A stretch of 64,000 bases of DNA from Octopus vulgaris. Its lineage: Eukaryota. The notes under the pieces are model-generated. The model searched no databases. It saw only the letters and a list, made by a program, of their open reading frames with translations, and had not been told where the DNA came from. A program made the position numbers and the translations under genes. Location of the stretch: the NCBI GenBank assembly GCA_951406725.2, contig OX597833.1, forward strand, positions 2,356,001-2,420,000, read 5' to 3'. This document shows, in pieces, positions 1 to 12,684 of this stretch; the first letter of the stretch is position 1; each line of letters opens with the position of its first letter.

Positions 1-580
<580 letters not shown>

Positions 581-581
581 A

Positions 582-1124
582 AAATGCCCCGATGCAGTAC
601 CAGGCAGTGGCTCTCATGGCTTCTGATCTTAACTGATTGGAAGTGTTATCATGTACATTGTTTTGTCTTGGTATAAAAGATGAGCTACAGCAAATATTCT
701 GCTCAATACCACAGATTTGCTTGTCAGTTGTTTGACCTTAACCAGTTGAACATGTCCCTTGGTGGCTGACGATATGTGCATCTCTAATCATGAGCAGAAG
801 TAGTGGGGGAGCATCATAGCCATGTGTTGAGAGGGATTCTTTGGGGTTTGAATAATTCACCTTTGGAAACATGGGTGGTTCTTTCAACATCCTTAAACAA
901 CCCTTATTCAGGGACCGTTTGAGCGGGATGGGCTACTCAACCAGAAGAAAATTCTAACTGGGCCCCACCTGCAAGATCATGTGCTGTTTATCTTGATATG
1001 AGATCTGTCGCGCACATATGGTTGTGATGCATGTGCCTGGTGTACCTTTATCAGACGGGTAGTCATGATGGGTATATTGGGCTTCGTATATTTTACACCA
1101 GTGTCACTTTGATGGCATGAACTG
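582..1124 (+). mobile_element. near full-length copy of a ~550-bp non-coding (TAA)n-embedded interspersed element
   Basis: Starts aaatgcccYgatgcagtaccaggc directly after (AAT)n and runs into (AAT)n. High identity to 4332-4576, 4627-4937, 5629-5672, 41674-41808 and three units at 62664-63152. No ORF. Confidence 0.85.
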
Positions 1125-1163
1125 GATAATAATAATAATATTAATAATAATAATAATAATAAT

Positions 1164-1230
<67 letters not shown>

Positions 1231-1231
<1 letters not shown>

Positions 1232-1685
1232 GTGGTATGGCACACACCAGAAAAGGTCACAGAAAACGAGAAAGCAACCATACTCTGGGATATGCCGATA
1301 CACACAGATAGAGAAATTAAGGCCAACAGACCAGATATAGTTGTCAGAGATCATGAAGAAAAAAATGCTTTTTAATTGATGAAATCAATACCGTGTCTCT
1401 AAAAGAAATGGAGAAACTCTCAAAATACAAAGACCTGGAAATAGAGGTAACTAGAATGTGGAATCTGAAAACAGAAACAATTCCTATCATAGTAGGAATG
1501 ATTTAGGCATGATAAAAAAATATTCCAAATACATAACAAAAACACCAGGACTGAAAATTGCACACTAGGCACTGCCCACATCCTTCGCAGAACACTTTCC
1601 ATACAATAACCATCAGAGCATCACAACAAATCACAGCACATCTCTGCGCTCGGTACTGAAAGCACGCTATAATAATAAAGCTAAA
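1231..1685 (+). mobile_element. R4/Dong-clade non-LTR retrotransposon, 5'-truncated 3' fragment (RLE endonuclease + 3'UTR), family A
   Basis: Encodes HTPEKVTENEKATILWDMPIHTDREIKANRPDIVV...KYKDLEIEVTRMWNLKT; near-identical to 63170-63670 (-); flanked on both sides by (TAA)n. Confidence 0.9.
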
Positions 1686-1762
1686 TAATAATAATAATAA
1701 TAATAATAACAGCAACAACAATAATGATGATGATGATGATGATGATGAAGATGATAATAATA

Positions 1763-1898
1763 ATCTTTTCTACTATAGGTACAAAGCTTAAAATTTATTG
1801 GCGGGGAAGTAGATCACATTGACCCCACTGCGCAACTGGTACTTGATTTACCGTCCTTTAAATTATGATAGCAAAGTCGACCTCGGCAGAATTTGAAT
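1763..1898 (-). mobile_element. SINE family B fragment (diverged)
   Basis: Contains gcaaagtcgacctcggcagaatttgaa, the reverse complement of the family B core. Confidence 0.7.
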
Positions 1899-2545
1899 AA
1901 TAATAATTGTTTTTACTGTTAATTAGTTAATTGTTTTCTAATTTGTATGCAAGACGCGCAATTTTAGGATGGAGTAATCGATTAAATCGATCCCATATGT
2001 GTGTGTGTGTCTGTCTGTGTGATTTCGTGTCTTTTTGTTTGCTTCCATCGCTTGACAAGTTATGTTGGTTTGTTTACCTCCCCCCGGCAACGTAGCAGTT
2101 TGACAAAAGATACCGTTTGTGTACGAACCAGGTTTTATAAAATATAATAAGAAATTAATAAATAAAACATATGCATATACATACATATATGTACGTATCT
2201 ATATCTATGTGTATATATACATGCATATATGGGTACAGGACCAACAAAAAACGTCGAACACAATGAGAAACGAAAACATAAACACAAAACCAAGGAAATA
2301 AACATTTTTCTTAAACAACGAAAAAATAGAGTACAGGACATACAACACAAGGAAAATTCCCCTTCTTCAGTCGCCATGGTTTCATTTACTCCGCGTTTCG
2401 AAATCCTTGTTTCTTCAGTGTAAATAAGTGTCCCAAAATGGCCGCGGTCCAATGCTTGAAACAAGAAATAGACTGATAGGATAAACCGACATATTTTTAT
2501 ATTTCTCCGAAAAGAAAAAAACAAAAAAAATTGCCCGAAAATACT

Positions 2546-2966
2546 CTCTCTTTACTCTTTACTCTTTTAATTGTTTCAGTCATTTGGCTGCAGCCATGCT
2601 GGAGCACCGCCTTTTAGACGAGCAAATCGACCCCGGGACTTATTCTTTGTAAGCCCAGTACTTATTCTATCGGTCTCTTTTTTTCCGAACCGCTAAGTGA
2701 CGGGGATGTAAACACACCAGCATCGGTTGTCAAGCAATGCTAGGGGGACAAACACAGACACACAAACACACACACACACATACATATATATATACATATA
2801 TACGACAGGCTTCTTTCAGTTTCCGTCTACCAAATCCACTCACAAGGTATTGGTCGGCCCGGGGCTATAGCAGAAGACACTTACCCAAGATGCCACGCAG
2901 TGGGACTGAACTCGGAACCATGTGGTTGGTTAGCAAGCTACTTACCACACAGCCACTCCTGCGCCT
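2546..2966 (-). mobile_element. SINE family A (tRNA-derived head, internal TA/TG microsatellite, (TAAAAGAG)n tail)
   Basis: Reverse complement of the aggcgcaggagtggctgtgtggtaag...gactgaaacaagtaaaagag consensus seen more than 10 times in the window. Confidence 0.92.
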
Positions 2967-3349
2967 TTTTTTTGTCGTTTTTTTTTTTCGCTTTGGCAAA
3001 ACAAAGTTTTCAAGTTATGCATCTTGACTCCTACGATGTCTCTCTTGGCTGCTTCTCATCGCTCGTCCGTTGTTAAACGTCAAACTTGTTGACATTTTAA
3101 ATACAAATGTTTGTCCACTTACTGCAGACAACGAGAAGGTGGTGGGGGGGAATAGACCTCCCCCCTCCCCTAATTAGGGAAGACACAAAAGTGTTCTTGA
3201 ATATTTCTTTTGTCGCGGATGTGTGAAACATTATTAAATACAAAAGTTACGAGTTTGGCCGGAGGAATTCATGAAAAGTCGTTGCGTAAACTTTAGAGCG
3301 GTCGCTGTTTACGGTCACCGCAGCTGAAAGAAGATGATCAAGTTGCTGA

Positions 3350-3402
3350 TAACAACAAAAACAACAACAATAATAATAGTAATAATAATGATAATGATGA
3401 TG

Positions 3403-3445
<43 letters not shown>

Positions 3446-3660
3446 TAATAATAATAATATTAATAATAATAATAATAATAACAATAATAATAATAATAAT
3501 AATATTAATAATAATAATAATAACAATAATAATAATAATATTAATAATAATAATAATAATAACAATAATAATAATAATAACAATAATAATAATAATATTA
3601 ATAATAATAATAATAATAATGATAATAATAATAATAATAATTATAATGATAATAATAATA

Positions 3661-3712
<52 letters not shown>

Positions 3713-3726
3713 TAATAATACTAATG

Positions 3727-3766
<40 letters not shown>

Positions 3767-3813
3767 TAATAATAATGGTAATAATAATAATAATGATAAT
3801 AATAATAATATTG

Positions 3814-3850
<37 letters not shown>

Positions 3851-3960
3851 TAATAATAACAATAATAATAATAATAACAATAATAATAATAATATTAATA
3901 ATAATAATAATAATAATGATAATAATAATAATGATAATGATAATAATAATAATAATGATG

Positions 3961-4008
<48 letters not shown>

Positions 4009-4029
4009 ATAATAATAATGATAATAATG

Positions 4030-4060
<31 letters not shown>

Positions 4061-4125
4061 TAATAATAATAATGATAATAATAATAATAATAATAATGAT
4101 AATAATAATAATAATAATAATATTG

Positions 4126-4156
<31 letters not shown>

Positions 4157-4194
4157 AAATGATAATAATAATAATAATAATAATAATATTGATA

Positions 4195-4229
<35 letters not shown>

Positions 4230-4275
4230 AATAATAATGATAATAAATATAATAATAGTAATAATAATAATAACA

Positions 4276-4310
<35 letters not shown>

Positions 4311-4331
4311 AATAATAATAATGATAATAAT
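3350..4331. repeat. ~1-kb (AAT)n array with GAT/AAC variants
   Basis: Directly visible. Confidence 0.98.
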
Positions 4332-4575
4332 AACAACCCTTATTCAGGGACCGTTTGAGCAGGATGGGCTACTCAACCTGAAGAAAATTCTAACTGGGCC
4401 CCACCTGCAAGGTCATGTGCTGTTTATCTTGATATGAGATCACCATGTCGTGCACATATGGTTGTGATGCATGTGCCTGGTGTACCTTTATCAGACGGGT
4501 AGTCATGATGGGTATATTGGGCTTCGTATATTTTACCCCAGTGTCACTTTGATGGCATGCACTGCTCTCTCACTC

Positions 4576-4630
<55 letters not shown>

Positions 4631-4937
4631 GCCCTGATGCAGTACCAGGCAGTGGCTCTTGTGGCTTCTGATCTTAACTGATTGGAAGTGTTATCATGTA
4701 CATTGTTTTGTCTTGGTATAAAAGATGGGTCACATCAAATATTCTGCTCAATACCACAGATTTGCTTGTCAGTTGTTTGACCTTAACCAGTTGAGCATGT
4801 CCCTTAGTGGCTGACGATATGTGCATCTCTGATCACAAGCAGAAGTAGTGGGGGAGCATCATAGCCATGTGTTGAGAGGGATTCTTTGGGGTTTGAATAA
4901 TTCACCTCTGGAAACATAAGGTGGTTCGTGTTCAACA
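4332..4937 (+). mobile_element. (TAA)n-embedded element, permuted copy: 3' half (4332-4576) - (TAA)n - 5' half (4627-4937)
   Basis: 4332-4576 matches 896-1124 and continues to gctctctcactca; 4627-4937 matches 582-889. Confidence 0.85.
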
Positions 4938-5268
4938 GGAGGAGGAGAAGCAGGGGAGGAGGAGAAGGAGGAGATTCAAGGGACGAGGAGGATGAGGAGC
5001 AAGAGTGAGAGTGGAGCGAGAGTGAGAGAGAATGAGGGGAAGCAAGAGAGGAGTGAGGAGGGAAGCAGGGAGGAGGAAGTTGTGTATATGGGGGACAAAC
5101 ATGATGATGGTGATGATGATGATGATGATGTTATTGTTTGTGCTTATTCTCTTTGTGTCTTGCTTCCGGTTTTGATGGAATTCGAATTCGTGTTTTTTTT
5201 TTTGTTTGTTTTCGATACCGCTTTTCATGTTGATGTGATTCTTGATATTGCCATAATAGTAGCACTGC

Positions 5269-5322
<54 letters not shown>

Positions 5323-5582
5323 GGTGGTGCTGATAGTGGCGTTAGAAGTTCTTGTGGTGGAGGTGTAGTTGTACTAGTAGTGCTGGTGGTGGTGGTTGTG
5401 GTGGTGCTGGTGGTTTTAATAGTAGTAGCGGTTGTAGTAGAAGCCTCGCCTGTATATCGATTATCTGTCGAATGCAATCATTTTGAAGTATGTATCGATA
5501 TTCTTTATGTTCTTTTTGTCATTTCTTCTTCTCCCTTCTCCCTTCTATACCAATGTTTATATCTATATACACGTGTTTAAGC

Positions 5583-5621
<39 letters not shown>

Positions 5622-5689
5622 AATAAACTGGAAGTGTTATCATGTACATTGTTTTGTCTTGGTATAAAAGATATATATATATATATATC

Positions 5690-5884
5690 TATCACGGGAT
5701 CACGTGACTGACCAGACCATCAGATGTTGTTACACATCGCTGGTCACAATGCGTTCGCATTGTTTTACCTTTCATATGAGGTGTTTTTGCTCAATAAACA
5801 CTCACAACGCCCGGTATGGGAATCGAAACCGCGATCCTACGACCGCGAGTCCGCTGCCCTAACCACCGGGCCATTGCGCCTCCA
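5690..5884 (-). mobile_element. SINE family C (head tggaggcgcaatggcccggtggttagggcagcggactcgcggtcg), partial
   Basis: Head with A-box/B-box-like motifs, matching 33938 and 56819. Confidence 0.8.
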
Positions 5885-5886
5885 CA

Positions 5887-6033
<147 letters not shown>

Positions 6034-6041
6034 AATAGATA

Positions 6042-6206
6042 TAGGCGCAGAAGTGGCTGTGTGGTAAGAAGCTTGCTTCCCAACCACATGGTTCCGGATT
6101 CAGTCCCACTGCACGGCACGATAAAGAAATGTCTTCTACCATAGCCTCAGGCCGAACCAAGCCTTGTGAGTAGATTTGGTAGAGGGAAACTGAAAGAAGC
6201 TCGTTC

Positions 6207-6237
<31 letters not shown>

Positions 6238-6424
6238 TTGCCCCCTCCCACCATTGCCTGACAACCGACGTTGGTGTGTTTACGTCCCCATAAGCTAGAA
6301 GTTCGGCCAAAGAAACCAATAGTATAAGCATTAGACTTACAAAGAATAAGCCCTGTGGTATATTTCTTCGACTGAAGCGGTGCTCCAGCATGGTCGCAGT
6401 CAATTGACTGAAACGAGTAAAGAG
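6042..6424 (+). mobile_element. SINE family A
   Basis: Full consensus from head to gagtaaaagag tail. Confidence 0.9.
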
Positions 6425-6427
6425 TAC

Positions 6428-6480
<53 letters not shown>

Positions 6481-6481
<1 letters not shown>

Positions 6482-7200
6482 CAGTGACATTAGGGGTAAT
6501 TGTTGATAACAATCTAAGCTGGAGTTCCCACGTAAACAGCAAGGATGACTCGGCCAGCAAGAGATTCTGAGAACTTTCTGGTCTAGAGATGCCCACACCA
6601 TCATCTTTCACTACTCTACATTTGCCCGACCCTACCTTGAATACTGATGCCCACTGTGGTCCCCTCATACGAAGCAACTCATTATGAAAGTGGAAGCACT
6701 CCAGAGGTCAACAACAAGAAAGATAGACGGCATGAGAGGCATTAATTATTGGGGTACACTAAAAAAAAAACACTCAATCTCTACTCTCTCCAACGCCGCC
6801 GGGAGCGCTACATCATTTGTGTGATGTGGAAAGTATCCCATCAATATTGCACAAATTATGTTGGCATCAATTTTAAAATCAATCCAGGATTTGGTGCCCG
6901 TGCTATCCGCCCACAACAAAAATCGAACTCGATACACATAGCAGCATTACGCCACAATTATTTAACCTCAAGCGATCCAGCTCTCTTTAATACCATGTCA
7001 AAATACGTCAAAAGTGAAACGGATCCCATAAAATTCAAATTTCTTCAAAAAATCCCGGACCAACCTCCTACACCCGGGTATCTCCAACAATAATAACACT
7101 TTGACAGAGTGGTCCATGGTGACCCGTATATAACTAAAAGACTTCACCAGGTGGTGCTATTAAGTTAGACATGGTCTGGGTTTATACTGGCCAAAACCTA
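6481..7200 (+). mobile_element. CR1/L2-like LINE 3' fragment, degraded
   Basis: Frame-broken translation gives GVIVDNNLSWSSHV, RPYLEY*CPLWSP, VEALQRSTTRKIDGMRG and NLYSLQRRRERY, typical of the CR1-group ORF2 C-terminus. Confidence 0.8.
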
Positions 7201-7239
7201 TCAAAGTTTTATATATATATACATATATATGCATGTATA

Positions 7240-7420
7240 GGGAGAATTCACAAAAAATGACCAAGACAGGTAGTGTAGACAACAAACAGATGTATTAGTT
7301 TAATGCTCGGGAAGTGAAGGAGTCTTTAACGTTTCGAGCCTACGCTCCTCCACAGAAAGGAACAGAAAGAAAAAAGGAGAGAGAGAAAATAGAAAAGGTA
7401 TAGTGGCTAGCGATCATAGC
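7240..7420 (-). mobile_element. Penelope-like pLTR-type fragment with minimal hammerhead-like motif
   Basis: Reverse complement reads cctttCTGTGGAGGAGCGTAGGCTCGAAACGTTaaag; related to copies at 14600, 16860, 25010, 25830 and 43175. Confidence 0.6.
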
Positions 7421-7443
7421 ATATTTGTATGTGTGTCTATATA

Positions 7444-7485
<42 letters not shown>

Positions 7486-7489
<4 letters not shown>

Positions 7490-7884
7490 CAGTATCGCCC
7501 GGCGTTGCTCGGGTTTGTAAGGGAAATAACTATATAAGCATTTTTAGAGAGTTATCGCCAAAAAATAGCAAAGAAATGCATTAAAAGTGGAAAAAAAATA
7601 ATGGTAAATTTTTTTTTAAATCGTTGACTCATCGTAGACATTTTTAGAGAGTTACTTCCCTTAATATAATAGCGATAAATGCATTAAAATGGAAAAAAAT
7701 AATGGTAATTTTTTTTTTAAATCGTAGACTCATCGTAGACGCGCGCTAATACCCAGAAGGGCTCGATATGAATCACGACTATACGATACCCGGTTTTGGT
7801 TAAACTGCACCGCAAAATGTGGGAGTAGTTAGGAATCTAAATCGTAGGAGACAGACACTCACACAACTTGACTTTTATATATAT
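7486..7884 (-). mobile_element. non-autonomous Helitron
   Basis: Inverted copy of 27585-27984; 3' hairpin cccgagcaacgccggg followed by CTAA (CTRR); lies in (TA)n, no TSD. Confidence 0.75.
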
Positions 7885-7885
7885 G

Positions 7886-7917
<32 letters not shown>

Positions 7918-8112
7918 TGTATGTATGTATGTATGTATGTATGTATGCATGTATATATGTATATATATTAGAAGGAATAAGATATTCAGAAATCTGGTTG
8001 GGTTTGCAAAATCTGTAAATATACAAACGAGCCAGATTTCTGAGTACCTTATTCCTTCTAATATGTATGTATAAATATATGTATGTATATATATATAGTA
8101 TATATATATATA

Positions 8113-8515
8113 TAGGCGCAGGAGTGGCTGTGTGGTAAATAGCTTGCTAACCAACCACATGGTTCTGGGTTCAGTCCCACTGCGTGGCATCTTGGGCAAG
8201 TGTCTTCTGCTATAGCCCCGGGCTGACCAATGCTTTGTGAGTGGATTTGGTAGACGGAAACTGAAAGAAGCCTGTCGTATATATATGTGTGTGTATGTGT
8301 GTGTGTTTGTGTTTGTCCCTCTAGCATTGCTTGACAACCGATGCTGGTGTGTTTACGTCCCCGTCACCTAGCGGTTCGGCAAAAAGAGACCGATAGAATA
8401 AGTACTGGGCTTACAAAGAATAAGTCCCGGAGTCGAGTTGCTCGACTAAAGGCGGTGCTCCAGCATGGCCGCAGTCAAATGACTGAAACAAGTAAAAGAG
8501 AGAAAGAGTAAAGAG
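8113..8515 (+). mobile_element. SINE family A
   Basis: Full consensus. Confidence 0.93.
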
Positions 8516-8614
8516 TTGTGTAAATACAGACCTCTGATTTTTAGTTCATTTTGATGGAACGTACCGTTACTTCTAAGACACCTGCCATGACACACACGGC
8601 GAGACGAAGAAGGG

Positions 8615-8845
8615 AGGCGAGCTGGCAGAATTGTTAGCACGCTGGGCGAAATGCTTAGCGCTATTTCGTCTGCCGTTACGTTCTGAGTTCAAATTCGGCC
8701 GAGGTCGATTTTGCCTTTCATCCCTTCGGGGTCGATTAAATAAGTACCAGTTACGTAGTTGGGGTCGATGTAATTGACTTAATCCGTTTGTCTGTCCTTG
8801 TTCGTCCCCTCTATGTTTCTCCCCCTGTGGGCAACAAAGAAATAA
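8615..8845 (+). mobile_element. SINE family B (head ggcgagctggcagaa; core gaggtcgaYtttgcctttcatccYttcggggtcga, recalled as MetaSINE/MESC-like)
   Basis: Matches copies at 16046, 37172, 45543 and 53383; the core-domain name is from memory only. Confidence 0.85.
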
Positions 8846-9022
8846 AAAGCAAAATGGCATGTTTCTTTTACATTGATTCAAGACAAGCGATCTTAAAACG
8901 TTGCAAGCTATCGAATGCTTCTTTTTTTTCTTTTTTTGTTCTGTCAACAACGATTAGTTGACGCGAGTGAGAGTTGTAAGCCGAAACACCGAACCGACAC
9001 CCGTACAGAGATTTAGATTTTT

Positions 9023-9074
<52 letters not shown>

Positions 9075-9338
9075 ACATCATCATCATCAACATCATTATC
9101 ATCATCATCATCATCATCATCATTATTATTATTATTTATTATTATTATTATTATCATTATTATTATTATTATTATTATTACGAATGTAAACTAAAGAGAT
9201 TATGCTAATACGTTAGAGCGAATTAACCTCTAGCTCTATGGCTACCGGATCCAATTTATTTCTATATGTAATTTAGAAACAGGACGGTATGTATTACTAC
9301 TACTACCGAGAATAATAATAATAATAATAATAATGCTA

Positions 9339-9439
<101 letters not shown>

Positions 9440-9485
9440 AATGATATTAATAATTATAATGATGATGATAATGATAATGATGATG

Positions 9486-9517
<32 letters not shown>

Positions 9518-9518
9518 C

Positions 9519-9598
<80 letters not shown>

Positions 9599-9835
9599 TA
9601 ATACTGTTGGTGCTGTTATTGCAGTTGTCTCCTCAAATCGAAATGAAGCCAGGCAGAATTCACAAAAGACGCCCCAAGAGTAGATATCATTTACATATAG
9701 ATAGAATATATAACCAAAATATCAAAGATTGTATATATACACACACACGTACACAAAAGCACAGTGATATATATGTATACTTATGTAAATGAACACATGC
9801 CTATATACATATATATGTTTGTGAGTGCGTGTGTT

Positions 9836-9886
<51 letters not shown>

Positions 9887-10080
9887 GTGAAATATAGCCC
9901 TCTGGTTTTCAGTTAATTTTGATGGAGCGTATCGTTAATTCTAAGAGACCTGTCATGTCACATTGTCGTCCTTCGTGTGCTTGAGGGTTGAGTCAAGGCT
10001 ACAAGTGACCGAGGAATGCCTGCTCAACTAATTACATAACAATGTCTGGTTAGTGCTACTAAATGGTTATACTTAACAGT

Positions 10081-10850
10081 GTATGTGTGTGTGTGTATGT
10101 ATGTATGCATGTATGTATGTATGTATTATGTATGTATGCATGTATGTATGTATGTATGTATGCATGTATGTATGTATGTATGTATGCATATATGTATGTA
10201 TGTATGTATGTATGTCTGTATGTATGAGTGTGTGTTTGTATGTATGTATGTGTGATATATGTATGTATGTATGTATGGATTATGTATGTATATATGTATG
10301 GATAGATGTATGAATGTATGTATGTATGCATGTATGTATGTATGTATGTATGTATGCATATATGTATGTATGTATGTATGTATGAGTGTGTGTTTGTATG
10401 TATGTATGTGTGATATATGTATGTATGTATGGATTATGTATGTATGTATGAATGTATGTATGCATGTATGCATGTATGTATGTATGTATGCATGTATGTA
10501 TGTATGTATGTATTATGTATGTGTGTATGTATGTATGTATTTATGTGTGTATGTATGTATGTATGTATGCATGTATGAATGTATGTATGCATGTATGCAT
10601 GTATGTATGTATGTATGCATGTATGTATGTATGTATGTATGTATGCATGCATGTATGTATGTGTGTATGTATGTATGTATGTATGTATGTATGTATGTAT
10701 GTATGTATGTATGTATGTATGTATGTATGTATGTATGTATGTATGCATGTATGTATGTATATATGTATGTATGTATGTAAGTATGTATGTAAGTATGTAT
10801 GTATGTATGTATGTATGCATGTATGTATGTATGTATGTATGTATGTATGT
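10081..10850. repeat. (TATG)n array with internal higher-order duplication
   Basis: The block tatgagtgtgtgtttgtatg...ggattatg occurs twice (about 10222 and 10381). Confidence 0.95.
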
Positions 10851-11327
10851 ACAGAATACGAAGAAAATCAGTAGGTATGTGATAAATATATTTATTTTAC
10901 CAGTTGATATCCATAAGCTTACGATCGTTTCGCAGCCAACATCATGAAAAAATGATTTATCTTAGCGCTTAATAGATTATTTTGCATGTCTACATTAGGG
11001 TATATGTTATAAATTATGTAGTACTGTTGTGCATTTTACTAGGAAATGCAGCTATAAAGGCTTGCTCATCAGATCCAAGGCTGTTATGGTTACATCTAAA
11101 CTTCAACCCTAATATAAACGTCGAGTTAGAATAGAAACAATTTTACAATAAACTGAAGAATTAATCATTAATTTTCGTTAGGTACATATTAATCGTTACA
11201 AGAATAGTGTTGAGAGTGACCTCGAAGTTTCGGTTGTGAGGTAAGAACTTTGCTTCCCAACCACGCGATTTCAAGTTCGATTCCGTAAAGTGACACTGTG
11301 GTTAAGTGTCTTCTACTGTTGAACATG

Positions 11328-11394
<67 letters not shown>

Positions 11395-11458
11395 AGGTAT
11401 GTTGGAGCAAAGAGAAAATGAGAGTATTCAAAATATGAGTATATGTGTATTTTTATTA

Positions 11459-11572
11459 ATATTTAGTAAAAGTAACAGAGTGATTCAATGTCTGAGAATT
11501 TCGTTGGTATGTATCTTGTCGGTTCGATGAATCTCTTGGACACTGAGTCACTCTGTTGCTTTTACTAAATAT
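11459..11572 (+). other. 114-nt inverted-repeat hairpin (39-bp arms)
   Basis: atatttagtaaaagtaacagagtgattcaatgtctgaga pairs with tcttggacactgagtcactctgttgcttttactaaatat. Confidence 0.85.
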
Positions 11573-12605
11573 ACGTTCACAAACACATACACAAACGTGC
11601 ACGCTCACACACACACACACACGATATGAGGGGTGGCGGGTGATAACATAATATACCACTCAAGTAGTAGAATTGCTGGTTTCGATTAAGACTCCACCCT
11701 TCAAAATTTCCAATCTTCCACCCGCATTCGAAACAATATTCAAGACAGAGATGTGACAGAACCGTGAAGGGGTCATGAAAGAAATGATTTACTCCTTTCG
11801 TTCCGGTTCTTTGGAATCTAAATTCTAAGCCTTCCAACGCTAATTTTTGCTTTTCCTCCCTACCAATCTTATTGAATAGCATACCAGTCGTGTGCTGGGC
11901 TCGATGGTATCGCCATCACTCCCTTCGAAAATTGCTGGACACTGGTGCTTCATTAACAGACTATCATCGTGGTCACAGTCATCGTCTGCCTTCACTTCCG
12001 CCATCTCTTCTTCATCACCAGCAGCAGCACCATCAGCGCCATCATCATCATCATCATCACCACCACCACCAACATCAACACCACCGACACCACCACCTGT
12101 GCATCATCATCAACATCATTATCATCATAATCATCAAAATCATCGTCATCGTCATCATCACTATCATCATCATCATCAACATCATCATCATTATCACCAT
12201 CAACACCAACACTACCACCAGTGCCATCATCATCATCATCATCATCATCAAAATCATCATCATTATCACTATCATCATCATCATCAACAACACTACCATC
12301 ACCAGCGCCATCATCATCATCATCATTTCTTTACTGCTTTCTATTTATGAATTATTTAATTTTAAAATAGATGTAATTATCAATAAAAACGCACAAAAGG
12401 CTGTGATAAGGATATATTTACATACATATACTTACATACACACACACACACACATATATATATATACATATATGTATATATATATACATGTGTACACATA
12501 CACGCACACATATATACATATATATATATATATACATATATACATATATGTATATATATATATATACATATATACACATGTGTGTGTATGTATGTATGTA
12601 TGTAT

Positions 12606-12684
<79 letters not shown>

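Noticed and set aside
765-810. Hammerhead in the TAA-embedded element (CTGACGA...GAAG)
   Set aside because: It has GAAG instead of GAAA and no credible stems I and III.
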